Source of the DNA: Octopus vulgaris
Lineage: Eukaryota
Assembly: GCA_951406725.2 (NCBI GenBank)
Contig: OX597821.1
Span: 61,318,001-61,382,000 of the forward strand
Reading direction: 5' to 3'
Length of the DNA: 64,000 nt
This document shows positions 12,649 through 25,295 of this stretch, in pieces. The position numbers and the translations under genes were made by a program. Under the pieces are notes generated by a model, which saw nothing but the letters and a program-made list of their open reading frames with translations, searched no databases and was not told the origin of the DNA. Position 1 is the first letter of the stretch. Each line of letters starts with the position of its first letter.

Positions 12649-13832
12649 CACTGTACAACAAAAATAAAAATGAACATTATTTCTACAAAGGTTATGAGAA
12701 TACCATTTTCTGTAGTAATTTTATGCGTAGATCACGAAAATTGTCAATGTTTCTCACAGAATTACTCTAGTTTATGGTAATTCAGCTTTTTAATATTAGG
12801 GTGATTTTATAATTTTAATTTTTTTCTTTTTCAGATTTTCAGAGAAAAAAACTATAAAAAAATCATGCATATTTAATTAAATCTTTAATTAGAATAAACA
12901 TTGCATTAAAATACCAAAAGGTCAGTGTAGAAATAACCCAGAGAAATTTTGTATATCTGTGGTGCTGTGACATGCCAGAAGTTTGAAAGAACCATTACGC
13001 CGTTGGTAATGTATTGCTTATATTTTGGTGTCAAGATAGGAGACCAAGATAAAAGTTGGGCACCCCATGTCTGTTGCAAAACATGTACCAATGGGGAAGT
13101 CAAGAAGTATACAGTTTGGCATTCCAGGGATTTGGCATGAACCACAAGACCACCAGTCTGTCTGCTATTTCGGCAACTTTTAACAGACGATAATTTTGAA
13201 ATCACATTAAATGTATTGGAATTGGATGCATGGCAAAGTTATGGAATGTTCTGCTTGGGAAGCACAAATCGACCGACTGTGAAGTACTTGTAGAAAAGTT
13301 GGTTGATTCATACAAATATTTAGTGTGTAATATGTTGTTAAATGTTCGCTATTTGCATTCGCATCTCGCATTATTTCTTCAGAATGTAGCAGACGGCAGC
13401 GAATAACATGGCGAGAAATTCCACCAAGACATAAGTCAAATGGAAACTCGATAGGCGAGGAAGTGGAATCCCACCATGCTTGTTGACTTTTGCCGATTTC
13501 TTCAGAGAGATAGACTAGATGCTATACGTAGAAAGAAACCTAAATATTGTACGAAAGAATAGATGTTTTTCATTTAATAAGAGACGTAAATAACGTATTT
13601 ACTATTAATAACAGCTCATTTTGCAGAAAACCCGCTTTAATTCCAAGAAAAAAAAATGTTAATTTCACAGAAAATGGCCCACTTTCTAGCAAAATCATAC
13701 CGTTTAGTGACGGCCCATTTTACGAAATACTGGCGTTATTTCATGAAAAACGGAGTTCATTTTCGTTATCTTTGGTAAAAACTGTTCCAGAAAATATTCT
13801 CTTCACTGTAGTAAACTCATTGTTGTACAGTG
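12649..13832 (+). mobile_element. Chapaev3-type (CMC/Transib-related) DNA transposon, internally deleted, both ends intact
   Basis: 13-bp TIR CACTGTACAACAA (12649-12661 / 13820-13832), TAA on both flanks, N-terminal YICG...YFGVKIGDQDKSWAPHVCCKTC and C-terminal CNMLLNVRYLHSHL...SE*HGEKFHQDISQME. Confidence 0.85.
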
Positions 13833-14208
13833 TAATTAACATAGAGTAACATCCTCTGTTGATATTATAACGTATGAGACGTTATTCTGTCCGTTCCCTC
13901 ATAACTCACCACTAAAATATTCAACTTGACTTCTGAGAACAATATATATTTCTCGGTTAATCACGTTTTCATTGCTTTCAGTACACTTTCCCTATTCTGT
14001 TTAAGTTTCTACACAAGAAACATCAAACACATTGATCCCTCATTAAGCGTTAAGCTAATAATTGCAGCTTATTTTACTTTGCTTTCTCTGATGTTATTCC
14101 GTTGGAAATTCCGAAACACACAAACACGTAGATGTATGCTCCTATACATACACACACACACGCACACACACACACATAAACGAGTGCTCGTACAAACATC
14201 TATCTATA

Positions 14209-14290
<82 letters not shown>

Positions 14291-14300
14291 CCTACCTACC

Positions 14301-14497
14301 TTTTTTTTTCTTTTTATTCTTTTTATTTTATTTATTTATTTTTTATTTTTTTTGTTCTTTTCTTCCCTTTTACGATCCCTCTTGATCGAAAACCTACGCC
14401 ACCCCCCCTTTTTTTGTTTTCTTCATCCCCCAAAAGAAAAGCTCTACCTTGTAACTTGTCCCATCTGTGTGCAGCCCTGTGTGGCCAATAAAGAAAC
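14301..14497 (+). mobile_element. Probable retroelement 3' end embedded in a (TATC)n tract
   Basis: T-rich UTR-like sequence ending CTTGTCCCATCTGTGTGCAGCCCTGTGTGGCCAATAAAGAAA, TATC repeats on both sides; tail resembles that of the SINE at 18189-18425. Confidence 0.6.
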
Positions 14498-14838
14498 TTA
14501 TCTATCTATCTATCTATCCATCTATCTATCTGTTTAGCGTGAGCATAAGTTTCGATGTATTTCTTCATGAAGAATCAAAAACAATAGCCCTACCCATATC
14601 CAACTTCATATAAATTGAATTAATTTTACTTAAATCTTTGTACTTTGGCCTGTTTCTCAGCTAGTTTGGACACGACAATATCCCTACATCTCTTTGTCCA
14701 GCGTAGACTTTACAGAGGAGGCTTAACAAATTGATTCTCTTTAATCGAAAATTACAAAGAAGGCAAATGTTTATATGAGTGGAGTAAAATATACTTAAAA
14801 AAAGAAGGATAAGGGAGAGATTTTTTTGTTGGGTAGAG

Positions 14839-15254
14839 CTTTACTCTTTACTCTTATACTCATTTACTTGTTTCAGTCATCTGACTGCGGCCATGCTGGA
14901 GCGCCGCTTTTAGTCGAACAAATCTACCCCAGTACTTATTCTCTGTAAGCCTAGTACTTATTCTACCGATCTCTTTTGCCGAACCGCTAAGTTACGGGGA
15001 CGTAAATACACCAGCATCGGTTGTCAAGCGATGTTGGGGAGGGGGGCAAACCACAGACACAAACACACACACATATATATATTGATATATACGACGGGCT
15101 TCTTTCAGTTTCCGTCTACCAAATCCACTCACAAGGATTTGGTCAGCCCGTGACTATAGTAGAAGACACTAGCGCAAGGTGCCACGCAGTGGGACTGAAC
15201 CCGAAACCATGTGGTTGGGAAGCAAGCTACTTAGCACACAGCCGCTTCTGCGCC
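14839..15254 (-). mobile_element. CORE-type tRNA SINE, full length
   Basis: Collinear with 3499-3980; (AGAGTAA)-type tail repeats. Confidence 0.9.
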
Positions 15255-15354
15255 ACTTATGCTTTGTTCAAATTTGTTTGGTAATATCTGCTTTAAATTG
15301 ATTATATTTGTACAAAATTAAGGATTCATATTATTCATCAAGTTCCACTTGCCC

Positions 15355-15720
15355 TGTTCCTTTAGATGCAGCCACCGTTATGAGCTTCTGATAACGGCTG
15401 ACCATCGGAGATTATTGTCCAATCCGTTAGCTTTTTGTCTGATGTTCGACTATATATTGGCATAATAACAATTGTTTCTGTTAGTCTTTCAGAATTACAA
15501 CACATGTGCATATCTACGGTTCTGGTGTAGCTTATAGAGTTCGAAATGTGGCAGAGTTCATTTTGAAGTGGCATATGTTGGAAAATTACGTTTACTTTAT
15601 TTTTTGTTGTAGCAATACACATTTCTGCTATCGCGCACGCCATTTTATAACCCTTCCTCTTGATCTAAGGTCGTCTAATGTGATTGATACATTCATGTCT
15701 TACTTCAAAGCGTTGTTATA
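15355..15720 (-). mobile_element. Possible very old LINE APE-endonuclease remnant
   Basis: Weak motifs RKGYKMACAI, IVIMPIY, ISDGQP..HNGGCI resemble APE segments; not decisive. Confidence 0.3.
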
Positions 15721-17689
15721 CTTTGCATGCGTTCTTTTAGCAACTTTGCTTCAGTTCAGACTGACGTAGATTAAGCAACATGACTGGCAGCTGTTTACTT
15801 TACGCTTTAATATTGAAAGATAAGATGCATATATTTATAAATATGATGTTATTTATTTTCGAAAGTGTATCTGGGTGTAACTTTGATTGTATTTGGTGGG
15901 ACAGAAAGACAGCATGCCAACTTTTAGTGAATTTGATTCCTGTATGAAAAAACGGGTAGGCTTTGAAAGTAATCCAATGTAACTCAGAACCATTTAATTT
16001 TGCGGATATAGCAGACTGAAATAATAAAAAAAAAATTCCCTATTGCATGGTAAATATACAGTGTAGTGTTTCAATACATATTTAGTGTTTAAGCAATATT
16101 TAGAATTGTATTTATCAAATTATTCTCTCGTTGAAGTAGCTGTTTGTAAAAGGAATCGATACGACTTATTGAAGTTTGATAGAATAAAAATTACCTGTTT
16201 CAGAGCCTCAGTAGACTAAGGGAAAATGTATTATTGGACTAAGAAGGTTATTAAAATTTAGTCCCCATGAATTAATAGCTAACAGTGTAAATATAAATTT
16301 ATAGATTTATTATATCTAAATTTTTATGGCTTCAAAATCTGTTGTCTTTCAAAAGTAATCTGTTATAAAACATTGCGCACTATTTTCAATTACAGACACA
16401 CGAATTCATTTGAGTTTGATTTAAAATATTCAAATGTTAAAATGGGACAGAAATCGAAGAATGGCCATAAAATGAGTGAAAACAGAATTAGTTAATTAGG
16501 AACTAATGAGCAGAAAATATAAATTCACTTACATTAAAACCAGTAGAGATATTTTAGTACATATCCCGGAAATGGCTATATATCGAATTATATTTTATGA
16601 ATGGGAAAGGTTACCATCCAATGAACGATATATAGTTACTGCTTCAAAATTAAATATTAGTTACGTATGTAACATGTTCAGAGATATCGGCTTTTGATAT
16701 ATACGGACATTTTACAGTGATTTAATCTCCATTCATTTAGTATTTAAAATGTTTGATTGTTGGTGTAGGTGATTAACTTACTCTAAATCACTTTGATGCA
16801 ACAGTTCAGCATATGGAAAATACTGACAAAACGATAAAAGTCAAAATAAAAGTGATTCTACTCGCTGACTTTGAATTCAATCTAATCATGTTCGCTTTGC
16901 GATGCTCTATTCAGTTTATATAGCAAAGAGAAAGTAATTTCATTCGTAGTCATTATAAAGATTGAAGCAGAGAGCGAAAGCAATAAAGTAGAAATTATCA
17001 AATACCGACATTTGACAGAGGGGTCAAAGTGAATTCCTCTAAAAGTACAACTGGGAAAATCGTAATAGACACAAAGTATATTATCGCCATCCAAAGATTA
17101 AAGAGATTTTCGCTAATATTTCCCTTGATACAACATATTATATATAAATATATATTCAGTGATGGTGAGTTTCAATTTCAGTGTTGAAATAGCATCAAAC
17201 AATTTGACGGATGAATATTAATAGATTATTATTAATCTATATACGTAACTATGTACCTGTCGTAGATCTTCCGTCTGTCTAGACGATGACCATTCAGCCG
17301 ATGAACAATCGAATTGCCATTCGTAAATTTATTGTGCAAACATCTGACACGTGTATCTTTACAAAATCATAGCCTCCAGCACTGGACCGTTACTTTATTT
17401 TTTCGATCTCAAGAGGCTGAATGGCAAAAATGAAGAGGTGATACTTTGAATTTTGTGTAGAGAGAAACGGAACGAGCAACAGACATTACTTTATCCATCT
17501 CTACCTTTTATCTGACGATTCGATGCCTTTATATACCTGGGTCATATATTGTAAAACATGACCGTGCTTATATTAGAATAAATCTGGCAAACTGAAATAT
17601 ATTTTTGAATAATTTCTTGTGAATATTAACGCTTATTACTTTTCAAAAATATGCATACAATTATCAATTCAATCAAAACTTCTGTTTGA

Positions 17690-19235
17690 ATATATTCGAA
17701 ATATTTTTATCTGTTCACGTTTTCCTCAGCGCCAAAAGTTATTCGTAGAATAGAATTTGACTCACGGAAGAATTCTAATGGAATATATAACGAGTCATAG
17801 CAAGAAACGCAAAATGTACTAACACATCCATATCGTCAAAAACGTATCCGTATCGTCAACAAAGCGTCCCAGTAGTGTAAATATCTAGGAAGAGACGCGA
17901 ACATACCAACGTTCAATAGCAGAATGGTAGCGGAGGTGGCTATTAAGTGGTAAAGAGAAAGAAATATAAATAAACAGAACGAGAGGTAGAGAGAGTGAGG
18001 GAGGAAATTAAGGGTTGACGTTAAGGGTAAAACAAGGTATAAAGGATATTGTGCATGGGAATATAGTGTACAACAATAAATGTGATAGGAGGAGGAGGAG
18101 GATGCGGTAAAGGAAGATAACTTAAAAAAGCAAAATAAAGGAAAAATGAAAGGGATTCAAAGAGGATAGTAGGTGCCAGTGGTGACAAGGCGGCGAGCTG
18201 GCAGAAACGTTAGCACGGTGGGCGAAATGCTTAGCGGTATTTCGTCTGCCGTTACGTTGTGAGTTCAAATTCCGCCGAGGTCGACTTTGCCTTTCATCCC
18301 TTCGAGGTCGATAAATTAAGTACCAGTCACGCACTGGGGGTCGATGTAATCGACTTAATACCTATGTCTGTCCTTGTTTGTCCCCTCTATGTTTAGCCCC
18401 TTGTGGGTAATAAAGAAATAGGTATTCTTCTAGTCTGTAAGGGGTGGAGAGGAAATGTAATAGTAAGTGCTTGTGTCAGTTTCATGGCAAGGACAGTGGC
18501 TGTAGAAGTATTTTTAGCAATGGGGGTATGGGTGTGTAGGTAGTCGTGAAAGGAGAAACTAGTAGAATGTTAGATTATTTAGAAATAAGAGTATGAATTA
18601 AAATTGAGGGAAATTTATTAGATTAAGGTATAAAATATATTAAAGAATTAACATTTATCTTATAAAGGGATGAGGTAAGGTTAGTAGAAGAAATATACAA
18701 GGATATGTGCTAACGAGCATGGGGGTTTGCATGTGAGTGTTATTCGTAGCAGGTGAGTTTACATTTGGATTTATGGAAGAATATAAAAGTGCTGAAGGTG
18801 TGTTTGCACGTTGTGAAGGTTTCCTTGTGTTTGTTAAGCAATTGTGGTGAGTAATGGGTTAACATTTTGTGGGCTTCTTTTAAGCAGAGACCATAAGTGG
18901 CGTGCTGGCCCTGATATGGGATACAAGAATCTATTATAGCCCAGAAAAGTCTATATTGTATTTTTCTGGCTAGTGATGTGGAATTGCCATTCTCTTTATA
19001 TTTAAACGGGTTTAAATTTGCATAATATTATTGCTTAAAACATGTATAGTAGCTATGTTGTGAACGGTGCACTGGTATACGACGTTGAATCTTCTGCAAT
19101 GGGTTTGCAGCGGGCAGTCTGCTCCATATCTGCAGTTGCATCCATCAGTTCTACGATGGTTTGTTGGAGAGAGAGATGAAGTAATGCTACTAGTGGACAG
19201 GCTTATAGCTAGGGTTGTATTAGGTGAATCGTTCC
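17690..19235 (-). mobile_element. Penelope-like element, GIY-YIG region plus probable pyrimidine-rich 3' region, interrupted by a SINE
   Basis: Minus 19150-19050: GCNCRYGADCPLQTHCRRFNVVYQCTV, the CNCR..CPL...C....VVY motif of PLE endonucleases; extent below ~18880 is inferred. Confidence 0.65.
18189..18425 (+). mobile_element. Nin/Deu-domain tRNA SINE, full length
   Basis: GGCGGCGAGCTGGCAGAA head, GAGTTCAAATTCC B box, GCCGAGGTCGACTTTGCCTTTCATCCCTTCGAGGTCGATAAATTAAGTACC domain, tail ending AATAAAGAAATA. Confidence 0.9.
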
Positions 19236-19237
19236 TG

Positions 19238-19555
19238 TTATTGCTGTGTGATTTCTTTTGGTATGTATTCTAGTTTATCAGACAAAGAGTGTTGCTCAAG
19301 GAGATGCCTTCCAGGTCTTATGATGTTAGCAGCCTCATGTATGCAAACTTGGTCAAGCGATGCACTTCGACATTTAGTGGTTAATGGATGTAACTGAAGA
19401 GATATGATGCGACATTCAAAGGCAGCTTTGATCCATGTTAAACCCCTGTCGCTTTCTTTTCGTTTTAGGTAGAGGCGGTCTACGTTACTGTCTATGTGGA
19501 AATTATGTGTGCCTGTTAGTAATTTTGGGGCTTTCATAATAATGGCTCGGATCAC
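19238..19555 (-). mobile_element. R4/Dong-like (RLE-type) LINE fragment
   Basis: ORF contains KLLT..HNFHIDSNVDRLYLKRKESDRGL, matching the H....VDRLYL.R..GGRGL motif after the RT domain of R4/Dong elements. Confidence 0.75.
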
Positions 19556-19676
19556 TGTATGTATGTATGTATGTATGTATTATGTATGTATGTATGTATG
19601 TATGTATATATGTATGTATGTATGTATGTGTGAATGTTTGTACGTATATATGTATATCTACCTATCTATCTATCTG

Positions 19677-19760
<84 letters not shown>

Positions 19761-19928
19761 CCTATCTGCACATATATGTATATGTATATGTGTATATACA
19801 TATGTGTGATGTAAATTTATATATATCAAGTTATTTGATGTTTATCTGCATCACTACCTCCATATCAGCTCACCTGGTTTTCTCTTTTAGCCACTCCTCG
19901 ATAAAGTTCAAATCATTTAACTATTTGT

Positions 19929-20068
19929 ACCTACCTACCTACCTACCTACCTACCTACCTACCTACCTACCTACCTACCTACCTACCTACCTACCTACCT
20001 ACCTACCTACCTACCTACCTACCTTCCTACCTACCTACCTACCTACCTACCTACCTACCTACCTACCT
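19929..20068. repeat. (CCTA)n microsatellite
   Basis: Direct reading. Confidence 0.98.
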
Positions 20069-20589
20069 GCCGACATACATACGTACATACATTCATAAGG
20101 GTTATTGCTCAATCTTCACTGTTGGTTCCGAGTTCTCTGAGCTTCGTCGTTGTCAATGGCATTTCTGACATTTTGTCTATGACCTCTCAGATGAGAATTT
20201 AGTCGCAACTGCAGATCTCGATGTTTTCAAACATAGGTGACAAGTAGAAGTTGTAACTTCCACTGAATTGATCTGAGCATTCTCTGAGATATGATCCAGA
20301 AAATTGAATTGCAAACCCCTTTACTCACTATACACTACGCATCACACTGTGCATTAGGAAGGACATTGCATAGAGTAGGTCTTTCACGGGACTTCAGACA
20401 GTTAATATACGCAACATTGGAAAGGAGTACACGGCCACACGTTTCACATCCTGAACGTTTTATGTTATCATTGAAGTCCTAATGACAATCTCTCCAAAGA
20501 GAGCGATTTAGGCATTGGTGAGCAAGGCATCAACTCTTCTGGAGATTTGTGACTTTCCTTTATACGCCTCTTCTACTTCACCCGAGTAG

Positions 20590-21040
20590 CGTGTTGTCAA
20601 GAGAGAGCTCTTTAGATGCAGAAATATATCTACACATACAGAAATCGTTCTGTACCATTTTGGAAGCTTGAAAATAGAGATTGAGCAAATTGCCTCATCA
20701 CCACGAACAAGCTAAATGTTTACAAGTGTTGCGTACAAACGCCTTTATTGTATTCTTCTGAAGCATGGACGGTACACATTAAGCATCTCAAACCGCTTGG
20801 CACGTTCATCAAAAATGTTTCAGACACATTCTTCACACCAAATGGCAAAGGAAACCACATCACACTGACGTCCTTGCAAAACCAGGATGCACCAGCGTCC
20901 AGTCAATAATCATATCTACTCAGATGTGTTGGACAGGCCATATTGTGGGTATGAAAGATAAAAAGTATCCTACAGTAGTTACTATAGCTGTGCTGTACAT
21001 TGGAAAGCGTGCTCGGCACAAACCACAACATATAATTTCA
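20590..21040 (+). mobile_element. RTE-clade LINE, degenerate post-RT region
   Basis: KLNVYKCCVQTPLLYSSEAWTV...HQKCFRHILHTKW...DVLAK...QMCWTGHIVGM. Confidence 0.8.
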
Positions 21041-21694
21041 GAATCCTATACATGCATCGTCATACACGTACGTACACACACTCACACACATACGCACACA
21101 CACAAACGTACACACATACACATACACGGGCGCACATACACACACACACGTGCACAAACGAACACGTGTATAAGAAATCAGCATTACATTATTTTATTGT
21201 ATCTTTTAAACGTATTTTCTTTAAAATAACCAGCAATGTTGTTTGTTACACAATTAAAGGGGAAAAAAAGAAAATCGCTTGTGTGTGTGTATGTCTGTAA
21301 CCGTCTTTATGTGTGTAAAATCCAGAAATTTAAAATGAGCTCTGAGGATGTTTTGTTTCCAGCTGCATATTTCTTTTTTTTTTTTTGTACTTTTTTTTCT
21401 CTTTTTGAGTGAAAATAAATTATGAAATAAGTGAAAATAGATTTCGAGCAAAATTTACGAGATATCATTGCAGTTTAATTTTGATCAAAATAATTGCGAC
21501 TCTGCCATTTGCCGAACATTTCTCAGTAATTATCATTCTTTCATTTTGTCTCACCTACATTAAACGTCTTCATTCGTCGTTTTAGTTTCTCTCTACCATC
21601 GTAACTGCGAACAAAAACGGTTTGTAAATTATTAAACTTGACTATACAGAAATCAGTTTGAAAATCATTTATACATATGCATAACTACAATCAC

Positions 21695-21750
21695 AGGCAC
21701 TCCGTCGCTTACGGCGACGAGGGTTCCAGTTGATCCGATCAACGGAACAT
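21695..21750 (-). mobile_element. SINE family A, isolated 3' tail
   Basis: Reverse complement TGTTCCGTTGATCGGATCAACTGGAACCCTCGTCGCCGTAAGCGACGGAGTG matches 63761-63812. Confidence 0.8.
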
Positions 21751-21997
21751 GATTACCGAAAGCGAAACCGGTCGACCAACACAATACTCTTTCACTTATA
21801 AAATGTATTTTAAAATATATTAAAATTATGTAAGCTGTGCATTTTCCTCTTTTCATTATATATATATATATATACATATGTATTTTTACATTACAACTCC
21901 CTGCGTGGGTATAATCGAAATTCTTCTCCTTCCTTTTTCTTACTATACATATAAGTTCGTTTATGTATATGCATATCTATATATATACGCATAAATA

Positions 21998-22388
21998 GGC
22001 ACAGCGGTGGCTGTGTGGTAAGAAGGTTGCTTTCCATCCACATGATTCCGAGTCCAGTCGCACAGTGTGGCACGTTGGGTGAGTTTCTTCTACTAAAGCC
22101 TCGGGCCGACCAAAACTTTGTGAGTGGATCTGGTAGACGGAAATTGATAGAAGCCCCTTGTATATTTATATGCATATGTGTGTGTTTGTCACCCACCATC
22201 ACTTGGTAACCGATGCTGGTGTGTTTACGTCCCCGTAACTTAACGGGTCGGCAAAGGGGATCAGTAGAATAAGTACTAGGCTTACAAAGAATAAGTCCCC
22301 AGGGTCCATTTGTTGGACTAAAACAGACGGTACTCCAGCATGGCCGCAGCCAAATGACTGAAATAAGTAAAAGAATAAAACAAAAAGA
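21998..22388 (+). mobile_element. CORE-type tRNA SINE, full length
   Basis: Collinear with the reverse complement of 3499-3980 and 14839-15254. Confidence 0.9.
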
Positions 22389-22458
22389 ATATATATATAT
22401 GTGTGTGTCTGTGTCTATGGATGCATACATGCATACACACATGCATACATACATACAT

Positions 22459-22516
<58 letters not shown>

Positions 22517-22689
22517 CCGCGCACGCATATATATCAAAAAGAGGCATTATAATACTAATCCACATATACAAAAACAGCCATACCAACAATCCATCATACT
22601 TCAGTTATCAGCTGCCCCATAGGTATCATTATGGTTTCGGCACCTGGGCTGTACCATTGAATCCGACGGTGTCAACAGCACTATAATCC

Positions 22690-22780
22690 ATCATTAAATT
22701 TGAAGATAAGCTATGGTTCCGTGAAGATACGCCTGACAGTTTTGATGTCACGATGGGAAGTTCTAACTCGGCACAGTTAT
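22690..22780 (+). mobile_element. Penelope-like RT micro-fragment
   Basis: LWFREDTPDSFDVTMGSSNSAQL resembles the W.....FDVTMGS.D.AE RT motif of some PLE clades. Confidence 0.55.
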
Positions 22781-22909
22781 TTTGCAATTTACTTAATCAT
22801 CGGTATATTATTGTTATTTTATTTTTAATATATCTATTATTTGTAATTTTCTAGATGGTGTTATTTTAATTGTTCATTTTGAATTGATAAAAGGTGGGTT
22901 TTTTTTCTA

Positions 22910-22943
<34 letters not shown>

Positions 22944-24813
22944 CAGGCAAGAGTACGTACCTTTTGCCAACGATTCTTGGAACAATATAAATATCTGGTG
23001 TGGTGTAAATTGTATTATTGTTTGGTCACTTGGAACGTTTCTGTTGTGTACTTAATCATCTTAGACCGCATTCTGTAACAGTCTAACCGATGAATCCTTA
23101 ATGTCATATAATATTACATTCACACACATAGAGATAGCTTTCGTCTCATAGAGAGCCCATTCGTCTCGTTGTCCATTCTATCATAACTATAATGGCTCTG
23201 CTATTCCGAGCTACTTGAAATCATACACCCACCACTCATCCTTTCGAAACTTATTCTTATATTCTCCAAACTCCCAAATGCAGCACTAATCACTAAGCAG
23301 AGCCCTTTCTTCTTAAATTATACACCCCTAGATTTTCATTACCACTCATGTTGGAAACGCAAAAGCGCTGGTATGGTTTTAGTTGTCTAACTGCAATTCT
23401 GCCTTCTATAGACGCAGTAGGAATGAAACGATTTGTTCTCACACTTTGCGTAAAATAGTTCATATAATTTATAACCGAAGTCGTTCTCTCTTGTCGTCTT
23501 AACGCTACCGAAGTGTGAATATAAGAGGGAAAGAAGTCTGTTATATATTCTATATATTCCGCTATTTTTTAAACAAATTACAATCTCATATGTACATACA
23601 CACAAACATGCATAAACGCACACGCACACACACAAGCACACACACACGCATACTCGCGCACACATATGCACACTCACAGATATGCATCTGTATTTATGTA
23701 TGTGTATGCATTCACACATTATATATATATAAAGAGAGAGAGAGAGAGGGGGGAGGGAGAGAAAGAAAGGAAAAATGAGTGTGTTAGACATAAGCAGAAG
23801 GATAAAATAAAGTGGCGAAAGAGACAGAAATATAAATATAGACTGGTAGAGAGCGGAAATAAAATACGATATTTGATATGGTATTCGTGATGGACACTTC
23901 AGTAGAAAATAGCTTTGATTACAAAATTAGGAGAGCATTTTAGTAGGTCAAATAAAAATATTAAGATATGGCAAATGTGGTCGATTCTGTGAAGATGTTT
24001 GCTTATTAGGAACAAAGCTGTATGAAATGACACAATGTTATGTCTCGCGCAGACCGATTTATTGGCTTCTCTCCATCAAATAAAGGATCGTCTTCAAACG
24101 TAATTATTGTTGAATGTATAATACTGATTGGAATAATATTTCTGGCTGGTGAGGAGATAAGTCAGACATGAAATTAATGGTCATCATTTTGCCAAGTCGT
24201 TGCCTTTTGATGTCTATAGTCTAGTAGGAAGGAACGTGTTTCTTTCACTGCTAACCTAACTTGTTCAAGATAGAACATCTATTATTTAAAACGAATCAAT
24301 AATATTGGAGAGCTATATTTTAGCTGTTGAATCGTTATCTTATGTGATGTATAACATAACGATATGAGTTCAAAATCATTTGACTAGACACGTTTGAACG
24401 GAATAAATTCATGTCAGTATGTGGCAATAAAAATTATTTTTGATTAATTGCTTCAACGTAAAAAGAAAAAGAAAAAGAAAAAGAGAATTTTATGCGAGTC
24501 AGCAACTAACGATTACAGCGTCTGTGTATTTGAAAAGTTATTATGTACATTTATCACATGATTATGCGGCCAATGATACGCGTTGGTTTATTACAAAATA
24601 TGCTCTTATTTCAACTACAATGAAAAATCTGTACGTATGCAAGCATATATGTGCACAAGTGTATGTATGCATGTATTATGTATGTACACACACACACATA
24701 CACACACACACACACACACACAAATGGATATAGATAGATAGATAGTTAGATCGATCAATAGATAGATAGATAGTTAGAATATTGAAAAGTGACACATATG
24801 TTGATATGTATAA

Positions 24814-25073
24814 GGAAAATAAGACAAGGTAAAAAATGCTAAAACAATTTTATCATGAAATACATTTTGAAACGTTTATTACTGGCTTCAGTCTTTTTGA
24901 CTTTTGCAACTAAGGTTAAAAAAATGTGGGTATTAAAGTAGATTTCACGGACAGCCGCTATTACGGCTACACTTAGTTGAAAAAGTAAAAAAAGGCATAA
25001 ACCGGTATTAACCGTTACGAAATGTACACCTTGATAACATTTTAGCATTTTATACTACCTTGTCTTATTTTCC
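24814..25073. repeat. Inverted-repeat-bounded element with a degenerate hammerhead-like motif
   Basis: GGAAAATAAGACAAGGTA (24814-24831) / TACCTTGTCTTATTTTCC (25056-25073), plus a further 12-bp IR; TTAG-TTGAAAA...TAAA-CCGG-TA-TTAA at 24973-25011. Confidence 0.6.
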
Positions 25074-25115
25074 GTACAACCTGTCTTTTATACTTTTAGA
25101 CTACCTGTCTTATTT

Positions 25116-25295
25116 TCTGCAACCTGTTTCGAGAGCTGTTTGTCAAAAACAGGTTTTGTGATACAAACACTATACCGCTAAGCATATTTACTACCCTTGA
25201 GCAATAATGAACTAAGTCCGTAAATATGCTTAGCGGTATAGTGTGTGTATCACAAAACCTGTTTTTGACAAACAGCTTTCGAAACAGGTTGCAGA
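25116..25295. repeat. Long palindrome, 76-bp arms, 28-bp spacer
   Basis: 25116-25191 vs 25220-25295, 2 mismatches. Confidence 0.95.

Noticed and set aside
25255-25295. TTGACAA...GAAACAGGTT in the palindrome arm as a hammerhead (normal or reversed order)
   Set aside because: Stem III-like pairing exists, but I could not find stem I or a matching CUGANGA strand.
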